DNA from: Patescibacteria group bacterium
GTDB lineage: Bacteria; Patescibacteriota; Patescibacteriia; UBA9934
Assembly (NCBI GenBank): GCA_038064675.1
Contig: JBBTSM010000002.1
Location: 6,507 to 70,506 of the forward strand
Direction of reading: 5' to 3'
DNA length: 64,000 bases
Of this stretch, positions 9,943-19,997 are shown in pieces. A program made the translations under genes and the position numbers. Under the pieces are notes generated by a model. It saw only the letters and a list, made by a program, of their open reading frames with translations, did no database searches and was not told where the DNA came from. The stretch's first letter is position 1. Each line of letters opens with the position of its first letter.

Positions 9943-11265
9943 ATGCCAAATATTTTTCACTTTGCTGTTGCGGGGACACATTGTGCGAGTTGCGAGATTG
10001 TGATTGAGCGTGAGCTGAAGAAGCTTCCAGGCGTAGTGAAGGTTCACGCGTCGGCTGGTGCGAATACGGTTGATGTGACGATGCAGGACGGGAAGTCGAT
10101 CTCCGCTGATGAATGCACGAAGGTTCTGAAGCAGCACGGGTACACGTTCTCGGCATCGTCGACCTCAGCGAGGCCTTTTACGTGGGACCGAACGATTCTT
10201 GCAGCTGTAGCGATCGGCGTCATTTACTACCTTTTTACATCTACAGGAATCCTGAACTACGCTCCGGAAGAAGCAACGGGGAAGGGCTTGATCGCCGTGC
10301 TGCTCGTTGGCATTGTCGCGTCGTTCTCGTCGTGTACTGCGGTCGTTAGTGGATTTCTCGTCGCACTTTCATCAAAGGCTGCACAATCGAACGCTGCGCA
10401 GTCGTTTGTGACGAAGATGCGGCCACACTTCGCATTCAATATCGGTCGCATTGTCGGATTTGCTGGGTTTGGTGCATTGGTCGGTGCAATCGGAAGCCAG
10501 CTCGCACTGTCATCCACAATGAATGGCGTATTGATTGTTGCAATCGCACTCCTGATGATCGGCATCGGAGTGGATCTCTTGAATGTTCTTCCCGCGGGAC
10601 TCGCGATTCGTCCACCAAAGTTCTTATCTCATCGTATTCACGCGATTGTTGAGAGCAGGAGCCCATTCGCTCCAGCGATTCTTGGTGCGCTGACGTTTTT
10701 CTTGCCGTGCGGCTTTACGCAATCGATGCAGCTGTATGCATTATCGACCGGATCACCGATGCAAGCGGCACTGATTATGACCACGTTCGCTATTGGAACC
10801 CTTCCGGCATTGATCGGCTTTGGTGCAGCCACGTCGGCGTTCCGAGGAAAAGCGCTTGAACGTTTAACATTTAGTGTTGGCGCATTCGTTGTTGCGCTTG
10901 GTATTGCGAATGTTGGAAACGGCGCAACGCTTCTCGGGTGGCAGGGATTTTCGTTCGCAAGTTCAGCAACGACCGTTGCTGCTCCGGTGCTTATTGATGG
11001 AAAGCAACTTGTCATGATGGAGGCGTCGGCGTTTGGATACAATCCTGACGTCATTACCGTTCGGAAGGGATATCCTGTGGATTGGGAGATTTATGGCGGG
11101 AAGAATCTTGGCTGTGCGAGCTCGTTGATCCTTAACGCATTTGGTGTACAATCGACTATTCGTCCAGGCGAAAACACTGTCGCATTTACGCCAACAAAGG
11201 TGGGCACGTTCCCGTTTAGTTGTTCGATGGGAATGGTGCGCGGCACGATGGTCGTAATAGAATAA
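9943..11265 (+). CDS. HMA-domain membrane protein with C-terminal cupredoxin-like domain
   Basis: The N-terminal heavy-metal-associated motif is GTHCASCEIVIE. There are about 6 TM helices with a conserved LPCG motif. The C-terminal beta domain ends ...FSCSMGMVRGTMVV. Confidence 0.6.
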   Translation: MPNIFHFAVAGTHCASCEIVIERELKKLPGVVKVHASAGANTVDVTMQDGKSISADECTKVLKQHGYTFSASSTSARPFTWDRTILAAVAIGVIYYLFTSTGILNYAPEEATGKGLIAVLLVGIVASFSSCTAVVSGFLVALSSKAAQSNAAQSFVTKMRPHFAFNIGRIVGFAGFGALVGAIGSQLALSSTMNGVLIVAIALLMIGIGVDLLNVLPAGLAIRPPKFLSHRIHAIVESRSPFAPAILGALTFFLPCGFTQSMQLYALSTGSPMQAALIMTTFAIGTLPALIGFGAATSAFRGKALERLTFSVGAFVVALGIANVGNGATLLGWQGFSFASSATTVAAPVLIDGKQLVMMEASAFGYNPDVITVRKGYPVDWEIYGGKNLGCASSLILNAFGVQSTIRPGENTVAFTPTKVGTFPFSCSMGMVRGTMVVIE

Positions 11266-11266
11266 T

Positions 11267-13429
11267 ATGAAATCTACTTTTCCAGTTTCTGGCATGCACT
11301 GTGCTTCCTGTGCGGTCAGTATTGCTGGTTCGCTGAAAGAGGTTCCTGGAGTAACTGATGCTGGAGTGAACTTTGCAACAGGGAAGGCGACGGTGGAGTA
11401 CGACGAGGCAAAAGCGACGATGGCGCATTTACATAGGGCTGTTGCTGACGCTGGGTATTCGGTGCCGATGCAGAGTCATGAGGGAATGGGCCAGGATTCC
11501 ATGAACATGGAACACGAACACGGCGGCGTTCTCGCTGTCGCGCGTCGTCGGGCGCTTTGGGCGTCGGCGCTTGCTGTGCCGGTATTGATTCTTGCGATGA
11601 TGGGTTCTTCAATTTCGTTTGCGCCGGACGTCGAAGCAGTGTTCGCAACGGTCGTTGTTCTGGTTTTTGGTGCATCGTTTCATGTAACGACGCTGAAGCT
11701 TTTGAAACGTGGTCGTGCGAACATGGATACATTGGTGTCGCTTGGAACGATTGCTGCCCTTGGTTTGAGCTGGTTTGAATTGTTCCGTGGTGGTGACTTG
11801 TACTTTGAGGCAGCTGCAGTGATTACTGCTTTCATTTTGCTTGGTCGTTGGGCAGAAGCAAAGAGCCGCGGCCGGGCAAGTGAGGCGATGACGAAGCTGT
11901 TGTCGCTCGCGCCAAAGACGGCGCGCCGCGTGGTTGGCGATGGCGTTGAAGAAGTCGCGATTGATACGTTAAAGATTGGTGATGTTGTGGTGGTCAAGCC
12001 TGGAGAAAAAATTCCACTGGATGGCAAAATCATTCAAGGCTCAACAACGGTTGATGAGTCGATGGTAACGGGGGAGAGCGTTCCGGCACGTCGAGTGGAA
12101 GGCGATGAGGTGATTGGCGGAACAGTGAATATTGACGGTGCATTGCGAGTTTCGATCACGAAAACGATGGATCAGTCTCTCCTCGCGCAGATTGTGAAGA
12201 TGGTCGAGGACGCACAGACAAAGAAAGCGCCAATTGAGAAACTCGCCGATCGGATCTCCGGTGTTTTTGTGCCGATCGTCATTGTGCTGGCAGTTCTCGC
12301 GCTTGTTGGCATGATCGTTTCTGGTGCATCGATCGACGCCGCGGTGATTTGTGCGGTCTCAATTCTCGTCATCGCTTGTCCTTGCGCGCTTGGTCTCGCG
12401 ACCCCGATAGCCGTATTGGTCGGAACTGGTGCCGGAGCTGAACGCGGAGTGCTTGTGAAAGACGGAACGGCACTTGAGCATGCTTCGAGAGTTACTCGAG
12501 TGTTCTTCGACAAAACAGGGACGCTGACTGAGGGAAAGCCGGTCGTAACCGACGTGCTTCCGTTTGGATTAGCGACGAAGGACGACGTGCTTACAAAAGC
12601 TGCTGACCTTGAATCGCTTTCGGAACATCCATTGGCCGCAGCGATCGTTCTCGCGGTCGGAGATAAGACTAATAGGACCAATCCGACCAATGTTCTCGTT
12701 ACCCCAGGAGAAGGCATCTTCGGATCCGTCGATGGAATGGACGTTGCCGTCGGCACAGAGTCGTTCTTGCGCGGTCGAGGAATGACGTTGTCCGACCTGG
12801 CATCGGCATTCGCACTCCGATCGGAAGGGAAGACCGTGGTGTTTGTTGGTACGAACAAAGAGTGTATCGGTGCCATTGCGCTTCGTGATGAGCCGCGCGA
12901 AGGTGCAGTCGAGGCGATTGCTGATCTGAAGAAGATGGGGATTTCCGCGACGATGGTCACCGGCGACCATGCAGATGCGGCGAAGGCGATTGCGAAGCGT
13001 GTGGGAATTGATGACGTTGTTGCCGAGGTAAAGCCGGGGGAGAAGCGGAATGTGGTGATGAAAGCACAGGAAAAGGGGGAAGTAGTGGCGTTTGTAGGGG
13101 ATGGAATTAACGATGCTCCGGCACTTTCTCAGGCAGATTTGGGGATTGCGATGGGTTCTGGGACGGATATTGCCATCGAGGCTGGTCATGTGGTCGTTCT
13201 CTCCGGCGGTCCAACGGCGGTTGTGGATGCTTTGCGGTTAACTCGGGCAACGTATCAGATTATCCGTCAAAACCTTTTTTGGGCGTTTGCGTACAACATT
13301 ATCGGGATTCCCCTTGCAATGCTTGGGTTTTTGACGCCAATGCTCGCTGGAGGGGCCATGGCGTTCTCCTCGGTTTCCGTGGTCTTGAACGCCCTTCGCT
13401 TGAGGAAGTATGGAAAGAAGGTTGCATGA
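11267..13429 (+). CDS. copA: copper-translocating P-type ATPase
   Basis: HMA GMHCASCA is present. The TM6 CPC motif (IACPCALGLATP) is present. The phosphorylation site DKTGTLT is present. The hinge motif GDGINDAP is present. Confidence 0.9.
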   Translation: MKSTFPVSGMHCASCAVSIAGSLKEVPGVTDAGVNFATGKATVEYDEAKATMAHLHRAVADAGYSVPMQSHEGMGQDSMNMEHEHGGVLAVARRRALWASALAVPVLILAMMGSSISFAPDVEAVFATVVVLVFGASFHVTTLKLLKRGRANMDTLVSLGTIAALGLSWFELFRGGDLYFEAAAVITAFILLGRWAEAKSRGRASEAMTKLLSLAPKTARRVVGDGVEEVAIDTLKIGDVVVVKPGEKIPLDGKIIQGSTTVDESMVTGESVPARRVEGDEVIGGTVNIDGALRVSITKTMDQSLLAQIVKMVEDAQTKKAPIEKLADRISGVFVPIVIVLAVLALVGMIVSGASIDAAVICAVSILVIACPCALGLATPIAVLVGTGAGAERGVLVKDGTALEHASRVTRVFFDKTGTLTEGKPVVTDVLPFGLATKDDVLTKAADLESLSEHPLAAAIVLAVGDKTNRTNPTNVLVTPGEGIFGSVDGMDVAVGTESFLRGRGMTLSDLASAFALRSEGKTVVFVGTNKECIGAIALRDEPREGAVEAIADLKKMGISATMVTGDHADAAKAIAKRVGIDDVVAEVKPGEKRNVVMKAQEKGEVVAFVGDGINDAPALSQADLGIAMGSGTDIAIEAGHVVVLSGGPTAVVDALRLTRATYQIIRQNLFWAFAYNIIGIPLAMLGFLTPMLAGGAMAFSSVSVVLNALRLRKYGKKVA

Positions 13430-13476
13430 AAAGTGGATTTGTGCTATAGTATCGTCGCTAAGCATCCGTGACGTCA

Positions 13477-13519
13477 TTACTTCTCCGTGAGGAGCAGGGA
13501 ACGGCACTGGAGAAGTAAC
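13477..13519 (+). promoter_or_regulatory. 5'-UTR stem-loop (10-bp perfect IR TTACTTCTCC...GGAGAAGTAA) immediately before the RRM gene start
   Basis: Read from the sequence. The stem ends 9 nt before the ATG. Confidence 0.3.
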
Positions 13520-13528
13520 TAAGCCATT

Positions 13529-13786
13529 ATGGCAGACAACGCACGCGTTTTCGTAGGCGGCATCCCGTATGCAGCTACCGAAGATGAACTCAAGGCACTT
13601 TTCAGCGCAGCAGGTACAGTGGTTTCCGTTTTCCTCCCAATCGAGAAGGAAACTGGCCGCAAGCGTGGATTCGGCTTCGTCGAATTCAATACACCTGAAG
13701 AGCAGGAAAATGCAGTGAAGATGTTCGACCAGACCGATTTCGGTGGTCGCACGATCTCCGTTTCCCAGGCTCGCCCACGCGATTAA
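13529..13786 (+). CDS. RRM-domain RNA-binding protein
   Basis: RNP2 VFVGGI is present. RNP1 RGFGFVEF is present. Confidence 0.8.
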   Translation: MADNARVFVGGIPYAATEDELKALFSAAGTVVSVFLPIEKETGRKRGFGFVEFNTPEEQENAVKMFDQTDFGGRTISVSQARPRD

Positions 13787-13814
13787 TTCGCAAGGCGAAC
13801 TGGTGCGGAATCCA

Positions 13815-13839
13815 AAAATCTCCCGCGAGGGAGATTTTT
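13815..13839 (+). terminator. rho-independent terminator after RRM gene
   Basis: AAAATCTCCC-gcga-GGGAGATTTT is followed by a T run. Confidence 0.55.
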
Positions 13840-13853
13840 GTTATACTCACGAT

Positions 13854-14903
13854 ATGGAAAAATCTTTTGGGCATCAAAACATCGCGAAGTGGTTCTTTCT
13901 CCTGCTGTTCGCTGGGGTTGGTTTTCTCTTTTGGAAAGTATTAGAGCCTTTTGTTCTCGTTCTGATGACAGCGGCGATTGTGGCGATTATCGTTACGCCA
14001 GTGGAGCGTCATGTGCGCCAGTGGGTAGGACATCCAAGGATTTCCGCACTCATTATGCTGGTACTGGTGCTCGCGATTGTTGTTATTCCTCTTGCGACGA
14101 TTGCGCTTCTTGCAGCAAACCAGGCGGTGCAGATCATTCAAGATACGGTTGCGAATCCGGTGTGGGTGCAGTCGTTTGACATTTCTTCTTTGCCACTCAT
14201 TCAGGCGCTTCCGAATGTATTAGTGGCACAGATTGCCGCAATTGATCTTGCAGAGGTTTTGCGAGGCGTTGCGACGTGGATTGTGAAGAACATTGGAACA
14301 ATTTTCGCGAGCTCTGCGGATATTATTTTCCAAACGTTCATCTTCTTCGTTGCGCTGTACTTTTTCCTGGTGGATCGTGAAAAGATTCACGCGGAGTTGT
14401 TGGCGCTAAGTCCTCTGAAGAACACCATCGATGAAAGTATTGCGAAACGGATGGTGATGACGGTACGTGGTGTGGTGTTTGGTTCGCTGATTATTGCGGT
14501 GATTCAAGGGTTTATTGCTGCGATTGGGCTCACAATCTTCGGTGTTCCTGGTCCGTTAATTTGGGCTGGACTTGTGGTGATTGCGGCACAGGTACCAATG
14601 CTTGGAACGTCGGTGATTATGTTGCCCGCTGTTGGTTATCTTGCACTTTCTGGACAGACTCCGCAGGCCATTGGTCTCCTGATTTGGTCGATGCTCGCGG
14701 TTGGTCTGGTTGATAATCTTCTTCAGCCGCTTGTTGTCGGGAGCAGAACGCGCATGCACGCACTTCTCATCCTGCTTTCCATGCTCGGAGGATTGAGCGC
14801 GTTTGGTCCAATCGGATTTATTTTCGGCCCGACAATTCTTGCCGCCTTCCTGGTGCTTCTCGAGCTCTACAAATCCGGAATTCTTGAAAAGACTCGCGTG
14901 TGA
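13854..14903 (+). CDS. AI-2E family transporter (PerM/UPF0118-like permease)
   Basis: It has 8 TM topology and family-like segments. The start is moved to the ATG after the terminator. Confidence 0.65.
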   Translation: MEKSFGHQNIAKWFFLLLFAGVGFLFWKVLEPFVLVLMTAAIVAIIVTPVERHVRQWVGHPRISALIMLVLVLAIVVIPLATIALLAANQAVQIIQDTVANPVWVQSFDISSLPLIQALPNVLVAQIAAIDLAEVLRGVATWIVKNIGTIFASSADIIFQTFIFFVALYFFLVDREKIHAELLALSPLKNTIDESIAKRMVMTVRGVVFGSLIIAVIQGFIAAIGLTIFGVPGPLIWAGLVVIAAQVPMLGTSVIMLPAVGYLALSGQTPQAIGLLIWSMLAVGLVDNLLQPLVVGSRTRMHALLILLSMLGGLSAFGPIGFIFGPTILAAFLVLLELYKSGILEKTRV

Positions 14904-15709
14904 CAACGGAAATAGTGATTTTTGGCGTTGGAATGATGGTTGCGGTGATCGTTTTGCTTTGGTTCCTTATCTGGCATTTCGTTACAAAATACAGTAAGCA
15001 ATTTCAACCTGTTTCTTCGTTGCAAATGAGCAAGAAGCAGATTCGTATGAGGCAGTTGAATACGGAAGTTCTTTTGACGGAGGAGGAAAAGCAGGCAATG
15101 AAAAAGCGAATGTGGCGGGTTGGAGCGATTGCTGGTGGTATTATTCTTCTTCTCATCAGCATCGCGGCTTGGGATTATTGGCGGTTTGTAGTGAGTGGTG
15201 AATCTGTGCAAGCAACGATCACGAGCGTGAGTAAACATCGATCATCCGGCAGACGTCATCGAACAACTTACACATATACGCTTCGCGCGGATATGGACGG
15301 TGTAGTCGTTTCGGATTTGTATAGTGCAGGAAGCTATGGCAGCTATACGGTCGGAGAAACGATAGACGCGTACGCGAATACATTCGGGACGCATACCGAT
15401 CTTGCGATTGCGAACATCGTTCGAGCTGAGCCTCTTACTGCTGGGGGCATGGCCGCCGTGGCAGTTGTCATTGTTGGTGTTGGGCTATTTGGACAGGAAA
15501 AATGCATTCGAACCGGTCGGGCTCGTATCGCCAACCTTCCCGCACGATTCCGTACAGCGCGACTTGCAGGTTTGCCGACAGCTTCAGGATCATCGACTAC
15601 TTCATCAGTCTCGGCTACTCCTGCGCTCACGACGCCAGACGGATTGCCGATGTATAATATCGGCGGTACTCGCGAGCTCCCAAAAGATGATTTTCCTAAA
15701 GATTCTTGA
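14900..15709 (+). CDS. membrane protein (DUF3592-like core between two TM helices)
   Basis: Two TM helices flank a segment ...TITSVSKHRSSGRRHRTTYTYTLRAD.... Confidence 0.4.
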   Translation: MTTEIVIFGVGMMVAVIVLLWFLIWHFVTKYSKQFQPVSSLQMSKKQIRMRQLNTEVLLTEEEKQAMKKRMWRVGAIAGGIILLLISIAAWDYWRFVVSGESVQATITSVSKHRSSGRRHRTTYTYTLRADMDGVVVSDLYSAGSYGSYTVGETIDAYANTFGTHTDLAIANIVRAEPLTAGGMAAVAVVIVGVGLFGQEKCIRTGRARIANLPARFRTARLAGLPTASGSSTTSSVSATPALTTPDGLPMYNIGGTRELPKDDFPKDS

Positions 15710-15849
15710 GTGAACGATGTAACTCGAATGAAAGTAGACATCTTGATGACCACCGAACAGATTGTACAAATATCCTTTGCCGGTGTCGGTGGTGCGGCTC
15801 CGCTCTGAGCCCAAAGCTGGTTTCAGGAGATTGGAGAACTTCAGTTGTT

Positions 15850-15877
15850 TTGACGAAATGAGCATTTTTGGTACACT
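15850..15877 (+). promoter_or_regulatory. sigma70-like promoter for tRNA-Glu
   Basis: TTGACG-N16-TACACT lies about 18 bp before the tRNA 5' end. Confidence 0.35.
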
Positions 15878-15894
15878 ACTCCCGTTCAAAAGAC

Positions 15895-15969
15895 GGCTCC
15901 ATCGTCTAATGGTTAGGACACGGGCTTTTCAAGCCTGTAACCGGGGTTCGACTCCCCGTGGAGTCACCA
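15895..15969 (+). tRNA. tRNA-Glu (anticodon UUC), CCA encoded
   Basis: A cloverleaf was folded by hand. The acceptor is GGCTCCA/TGGAGTC. The anticodon loop is TTTTCAA. The T-loop is GGTTCGACTCC. Confidence 0.8.
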
Positions 15970-17449
15970 AATGCGACTCACCCACAAGGTGAGCCGTTTT
16001 TGTTTGTAAGATAAGCGCTTTTTTGGCGGTTCCAAATTGTCCGTCTGCGAATGGCAAACCTTCGGGAAAAAGTAAGCTTTGGAACCGTAATTTATGGGTG
16101 AGTGAAAACGCTTCCCACGCAACGCGAGGGTTACGCATGATGTTGATACCGTACTCGACAACATGTCCGATTTCATCGGACGTGCGCGGGATTAGCACGA
16201 GCTCTTGCTCGCACTCGGTTATGGCCTTTTTCGTCTTTGCAACGAGGTCGCGGGTGGTATCATCGTCGAGTACTTGCGCGAAGTTTTTACGAGCAAAATG
16301 CTCCTGCTCACCTTTCAAAGAGAGGATTTGTTTCTCCAACTCCTGCCGCCGTTTTTCATTTGCCGTTCCCGCCGCCTTCCAATTTTCCTCAATCGCAATG
16401 CGCAGAAGAACAGCAAGCCCTTCGTCCATACACGACTGCTCCAAAATTGTCATAAATGCTTTTTCAATTTCCGCTTTCGCCACGTTTGACTTCGGGCAGA
16501 TGTTGCAGCGATAAAATGGGTAGCGCTGCCCGCTCCGTCCTTTTGATAGCGACGCGGTAAACCGATGGCCCTTCGGACAGGTAGCGAATCGTCGCAAAGG
16601 AAAATCAGCTCGTTGTTTTTGGTACTTCGGTGCGCATTTGTTCTGGCGAGCGAGTATCGCCTGCACGCGATCAAACAATTCTTCGCTCACAATTGGCTCA
16701 AACGTCCCTTTTACGGGTTTACCGTACTCCTTTGCGAACGCCCGAATGTAACCCTTGTATACGGGATTATGTAGGATTTTGTTCCAGTATTTTATGCAAA
16801 CAGATTTGCCGTTCAACCTCGTAAAGCCCTCTCCTGTGAGTACTGCGAGCGCTTCCGTTTGCGTATAGCCGTGCTCGACGAGCTCGAACCCGTGACGGAT
16901 ATGTCCTGCGTAGGGCTCATGTGGTGCGACAGTCGCCTTATTGAGTACACGCACCCGTATGAATCCAAGCGTCGGCCTCGAAATATACCTACCTTCTCCA
17001 ACGGCACTGACCATGCCATTACGCGATTTCAGTGCACGCAATTCATTATCGAGCTGCGCCATGCCAACGTACATGTTCTCAAAAAATCTTCCTTCTGGTG
17101 TGTCATCAGTGGGTTGGGTTACAGAAACACAGCGGACGCCCAATCGCTTGAAAAAAGCTCGCAGAACATGGAAATCGGCGCTGTCACGCGTGAAGCGCGA
17201 AAAGTCGTAGAAATATACGGTAGAAACCTCGTGCTTATGCGCCTCAACGTACTGCATCATCTTTCGAAGCTCGGTGCGGTCGATGGTTTTTGCGCTCTCA
17301 CCACGATCAATAAAAATACTTTCAGGAAGTACGGTTTCTCCCGCCGTAGTTGCTAATTTGCGACCCTCTTTTTCTTGAAAATCCAAACTCGTCCCTTTCT
17401 CGGCCTGACGAACGGTTGAGACGCGGTTATAGAGGACGGCAATTGGCAT
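15929..17449 (-). CDS. large serine recombinase (resolvase/invertase N-domain + recombinase/zinc-ribbon C-domain)
   Basis: The N-terminal catalytic region is AVLYNRVSTVRQ...GESAKT. It is about 506 aa. The last about 13 codons are encoded opposite the tRNA-Glu 3' half. Confidence 0.85.
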   Translation of the reverse strand: MPIAVLYNRVSTVRQAEKGTSLDFQEKEGRKLATTAGETVLPESIFIDRGESAKTIDRTELRKMMQYVEAHKHEVSTVYFYDFSRFTRDSADFHVLRAFFKRLGVRCVSVTQPTDDTPEGRFFENMYVGMAQLDNELRALKSRNGMVSAVGEGRYISRPTLGFIRVRVLNKATVAPHEPYAGHIRHGFELVEHGYTQTEALAVLTGEGFTRLNGKSVCIKYWNKILHNPVYKGYIRAFAKEYGKPVKGTFEPIVSEELFDRVQAILARQNKCAPKYQKQRADFPLRRFATCPKGHRFTASLSKGRSGQRYPFYRCNICPKSNVAKAEIEKAFMTILEQSCMDEGLAVLLRIAIEENWKAAGTANEKRRQELEKQILSLKGEQEHFARKNFAQVLDDDTTRDLVAKTKKAITECEQELVLIPRTSDEIGHVVEYGINIMRNPRVAWEAFSLTHKLRFQSLLFPEGLPFADGQFGTAKKALILQTKTAHLVGESHLVTPRGVEPRLQA

Positions 17450-17472
17450 AGCTGTTTTGCGAAACGAACTTA

Positions 17473-17985
17473 TTATATCGTTCTGCGGCCATTACGAAGC
17501 TCCCGCAACTCACGCATAGCGCGGAGCATACGGTTCTCCACGTTCGTCTCGTATCGTGCGTAGATGCCGTACAGGCGTTCCATTGCCTCCGCTCCTACCT
17601 TTGGGGTGTATCCCGCACGTTCGACGACTTCCTCGCTCCACACCAACTCCTCGAATCCTGAAAAACCCTCCTTTGTTTTCGTGACGACAACACGGGGATC
17701 GAGGACGGACTGCACGAACTCACGCTCCGCCTTGGTGATGCGATTGAGTTTCACATAATGCACAGCGATGCGTTCGAGTAGGATGCTTTCCAGTGCGTTT
17801 TGTGGGGAGAACTCGACCCGAAGCTCGGTGAGTACGCCGAGCTCCGCATCCTTCTCATATTCGGTAAGTGTATCGCGCAACATGCCGTGTGTCGTCGCGT
17901 TATAGCGCGTCGCGGCCTTGCCTTCATCGGTTTGCGGGCCTCCGCCGTGCGTGGCCTGTTGTTTGTTATTGTCCATATACTTCAA
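17473..17985 (-). CDS. hypothetical protein (island cargo)
   Basis: The ORF is 170 aa and co-oriented. No motif was recognised. Confidence 0.4.
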   Translation of the reverse strand: MKYMDNNKQQATHGGGPQTDEGKAATRYNATTHGMLRDTLTEYEKDAELGVLTELRVEFSPQNALESILLERIAVHYVKLNRITKAEREFVQSVLDPRVVVTKTKEGFSGFEELVWSEEVVERAGYTPKVGAEAMERLYGIYARYETNVENRMLRAMRELRELRNGRRTI

Positions 17986-18231
17986 TGAAAAGTTTTGCGA
18001 AGCGGTTCACCTCGGCGGTGATGTTGTCGCGCGTATCCTCGTCTCTAATTTCCAAACGGTCGAACTCCTTACGGAGTTTGGCCTTCAAGGCCTCGTGCTC
18101 GACCATATCCAAATGCGGCGACTGTGCGCCACATTCGGTTCAAGGAGCTCTCGATGCCGAATGACAAAAGTTGTTTATTTATTATGGCTGCACACGTCGA
18201 GGATCTCTCGATCACGCATAGCCATACTGCC

Positions 18232-19068
18232 TTACGCTTTCTGTACTATCTCGCTCTCACACGTCACCATTTTTCCGCCCTGTACGAATATCGTAACCTT
18301 TTGATAATCGTGCGCCTTGATCGCATCGGTGATGTCTTTGGGGGACAGATCGCCGCGCTCTCGCTTCGTTCCTCGAAACGTAGTCACGTTGCCGTTCTTC
18401 AAGGCCACTTCTATCTTCTCGAAGTCACCAGAACGCATTACTTCAAGCACGTCTTTTTCTTCCTTACTCACGCTTCCTCCGCCAAGGAGCACTTCGCTGC
18501 ACACTTTGAACATTGGGCCGTAGTCGATGGAACCCTTCGTTCCGAGTTTGCCAAGGAGCTCGTTGACGAACTCGTGCAAGTTGATGCAAGTGAATGATTT
18601 TCCGCCCATGCCGCCGTAAAGGTTGATGGACACGGGATCGTAAAAATCCGCGCCAAGGTCTGGGGAGTATTTCAGGATGATGGGGATGCCGAGGAATGCA
18701 TAGCCGATTGCCTTTGCCGACAATCCCCTCGGCTCGGCAACAATGCCGCCCATTCGTGGGATACCTTCGTCCTTTTCTCCTTTGAAAAATGCTTTGTAAA
18801 GCGGGAGAAGCTGTTTGTTTGTAAATCCGTTTCGTTTGAGCTCCTGTGTTACAGCAAGGAAAATAAGCTCATTGAAAGAAAACTTGCGCCATTTGCCCTC
18901 GTCCTCCTGCGCGTCGAGGATGCCGTCTTTGCTCAAAAGGTGGATCTGCCGATAGGTGAGCGACGTATCGGAAACCCGAAAGTTTGGTTTGTTGATGAAC
19001 TCCAAGATATTCATTTTGGCGTCCATTCGTATCAAGTTGAGTTCTGCTGCATCGGAAAAATAGAGCAT
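18232..19068 (-). CDS. hypothetical protein (island cargo)
   Basis: The ORF is 278 aa. No motif was recognised. Confidence 0.4.
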   Translation of the reverse strand: MLYFSDAAELNLIRMDAKMNILEFINKPNFRVSDTSLTYRQIHLLSKDGILDAQEDEGKWRKFSFNELIFLAVTQELKRNGFTNKQLLPLYKAFFKGEKDEGIPRMGGIVAEPRGLSAKAIGYAFLGIPIILKYSPDLGADFYDPVSINLYGGMGGKSFTCINLHEFVNELLGKLGTKGSIDYGPMFKVCSEVLLGGGSVSKEEKDVLEVMRSGDFEKIEVALKNGNVTTFRGTKRERGDLSPKDITDAIKAHDYQKVTIFVQGGKMVTCESEIVQKA

Positions 19069-19201
19069 ATCGCTCTGTAGTGTAGCACTATGAATCGAAC
19101 GAGCAAGTTCGTTTTATGCACAGCACTTGAAATAGAACACACCCGCCGAGACGCAGGTACACGACGGGCGTGTTCCTTTGTCTCGTACGGGTGTACGAGT
19201 G

Positions 19202-19738
19202 CTACCGCTGCGGTTCGCCGCGATAGCTACGGCGGTGATCTTCCTCGCAGGACCGCGCCTCCGCCTCGCTGGCGCACGCGAAGGCGTAGCTATCGCCCCG
19301 CAGGTCGGTAGGGCCACCTCCGACTTTGACCCTGAACGGCGCGGGGTTGTTACCGCGGTAGAGGGAGACGAAGCCGAACTTGTCCGCCATCTCCTCACTG
19401 ACCGTGACCCAGTTCCTGCCGCATTCGACGATCCACGCCTTCGTCTCCTCGACGAGGGCGAGAGCGCCATCGCGGGTCTTGGTGCTGTAGTGCCCTTGCA
19501 ACCGCATGCCGTCCCCAGTCCTGATCTCGATGCGATAGATCTCCAACGGCGCGTACTGCCCGCCGCTGATCGAGAGGATCGCGGCGCTGACGATCTGCTT
19601 CTTGGAGCGAGGACAGGTGGCGGGCGGGTTCTCCATCATCAGGGTGAAGTGGTGGGTGTGTCCCTGAAAGAAGAAGAGATCGCCGATCAGATCGCTCTTG
19701 CTCGGTCCCGCGATGATGCGGAACGTTGTGGTAGCCAT
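19202..19738 (-). CDS. hypothetical protein in GC-rich patch
   Basis: The patch is about 62% GC against a 50% background. The minus-strand ORF has a balanced composition. The overlapping plus ORF is Arg/Ala/Leu-rich and looks antisense. Confidence 0.35.
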   Translation of the reverse strand: MATTTFRIIAGPSKSDLIGDLFFFQGHTHHFTLMMENPPATCPRSKKQIVSAAILSISGGQYAPLEIYRIEIRTGDGMRLQGHYSTKTRDGALALVEETKAWIVECGRNWVTVSEEMADKFGFVSLYRGNNPAPFRVKVGGGPTDLRGDSYAFACASEAEARSCEEDHRRSYRGEPQR

Positions 19739-19958
19739 AACGGCTCCTTCTGTGTTGAACACCTTCGTCGTTGAGAGTGAAGGTAAGCTCCGTTACGCCG
19801 CATCGCTGCCGCGCCACCTGACCATAACGGACAGGGATTTTCGAGCGTGTGCCCGTCGGCAGCCACGACTTTCGTCATGCTCACCGAAGGACACAGCTCC
19901 ACTATAACGTCATATTATACCAGAAAATGGATACTTTGTCAATAAAATATCTCGTAAA

Positions 19959-19978
19959 TACGGCTAGTATTAGCCGTA
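19959..19978. repeat. perfect inverted repeat TACGGCTA-gtat-TAGCCGTA just downstream of recombinase 2
   Basis: Read from the sequence. Confidence 0.35.
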
Positions 19979-19997
19979 TAATCTTCCGCACCTCTGC

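Noticed and set aside
19178-19774. Plus-strand ORFs in GC-rich patches (19178..19774, 26662..27576, 38730..39218, 49370..50878, 57181..57801 and similar)
   Set aside because: Their Arg/Ala/Leu/Gly-rich, low-complexity translations are typical of antisense frames in high-GC DNA. The opposite-strand ORFs have protein-like composition and RBS/terminator context.
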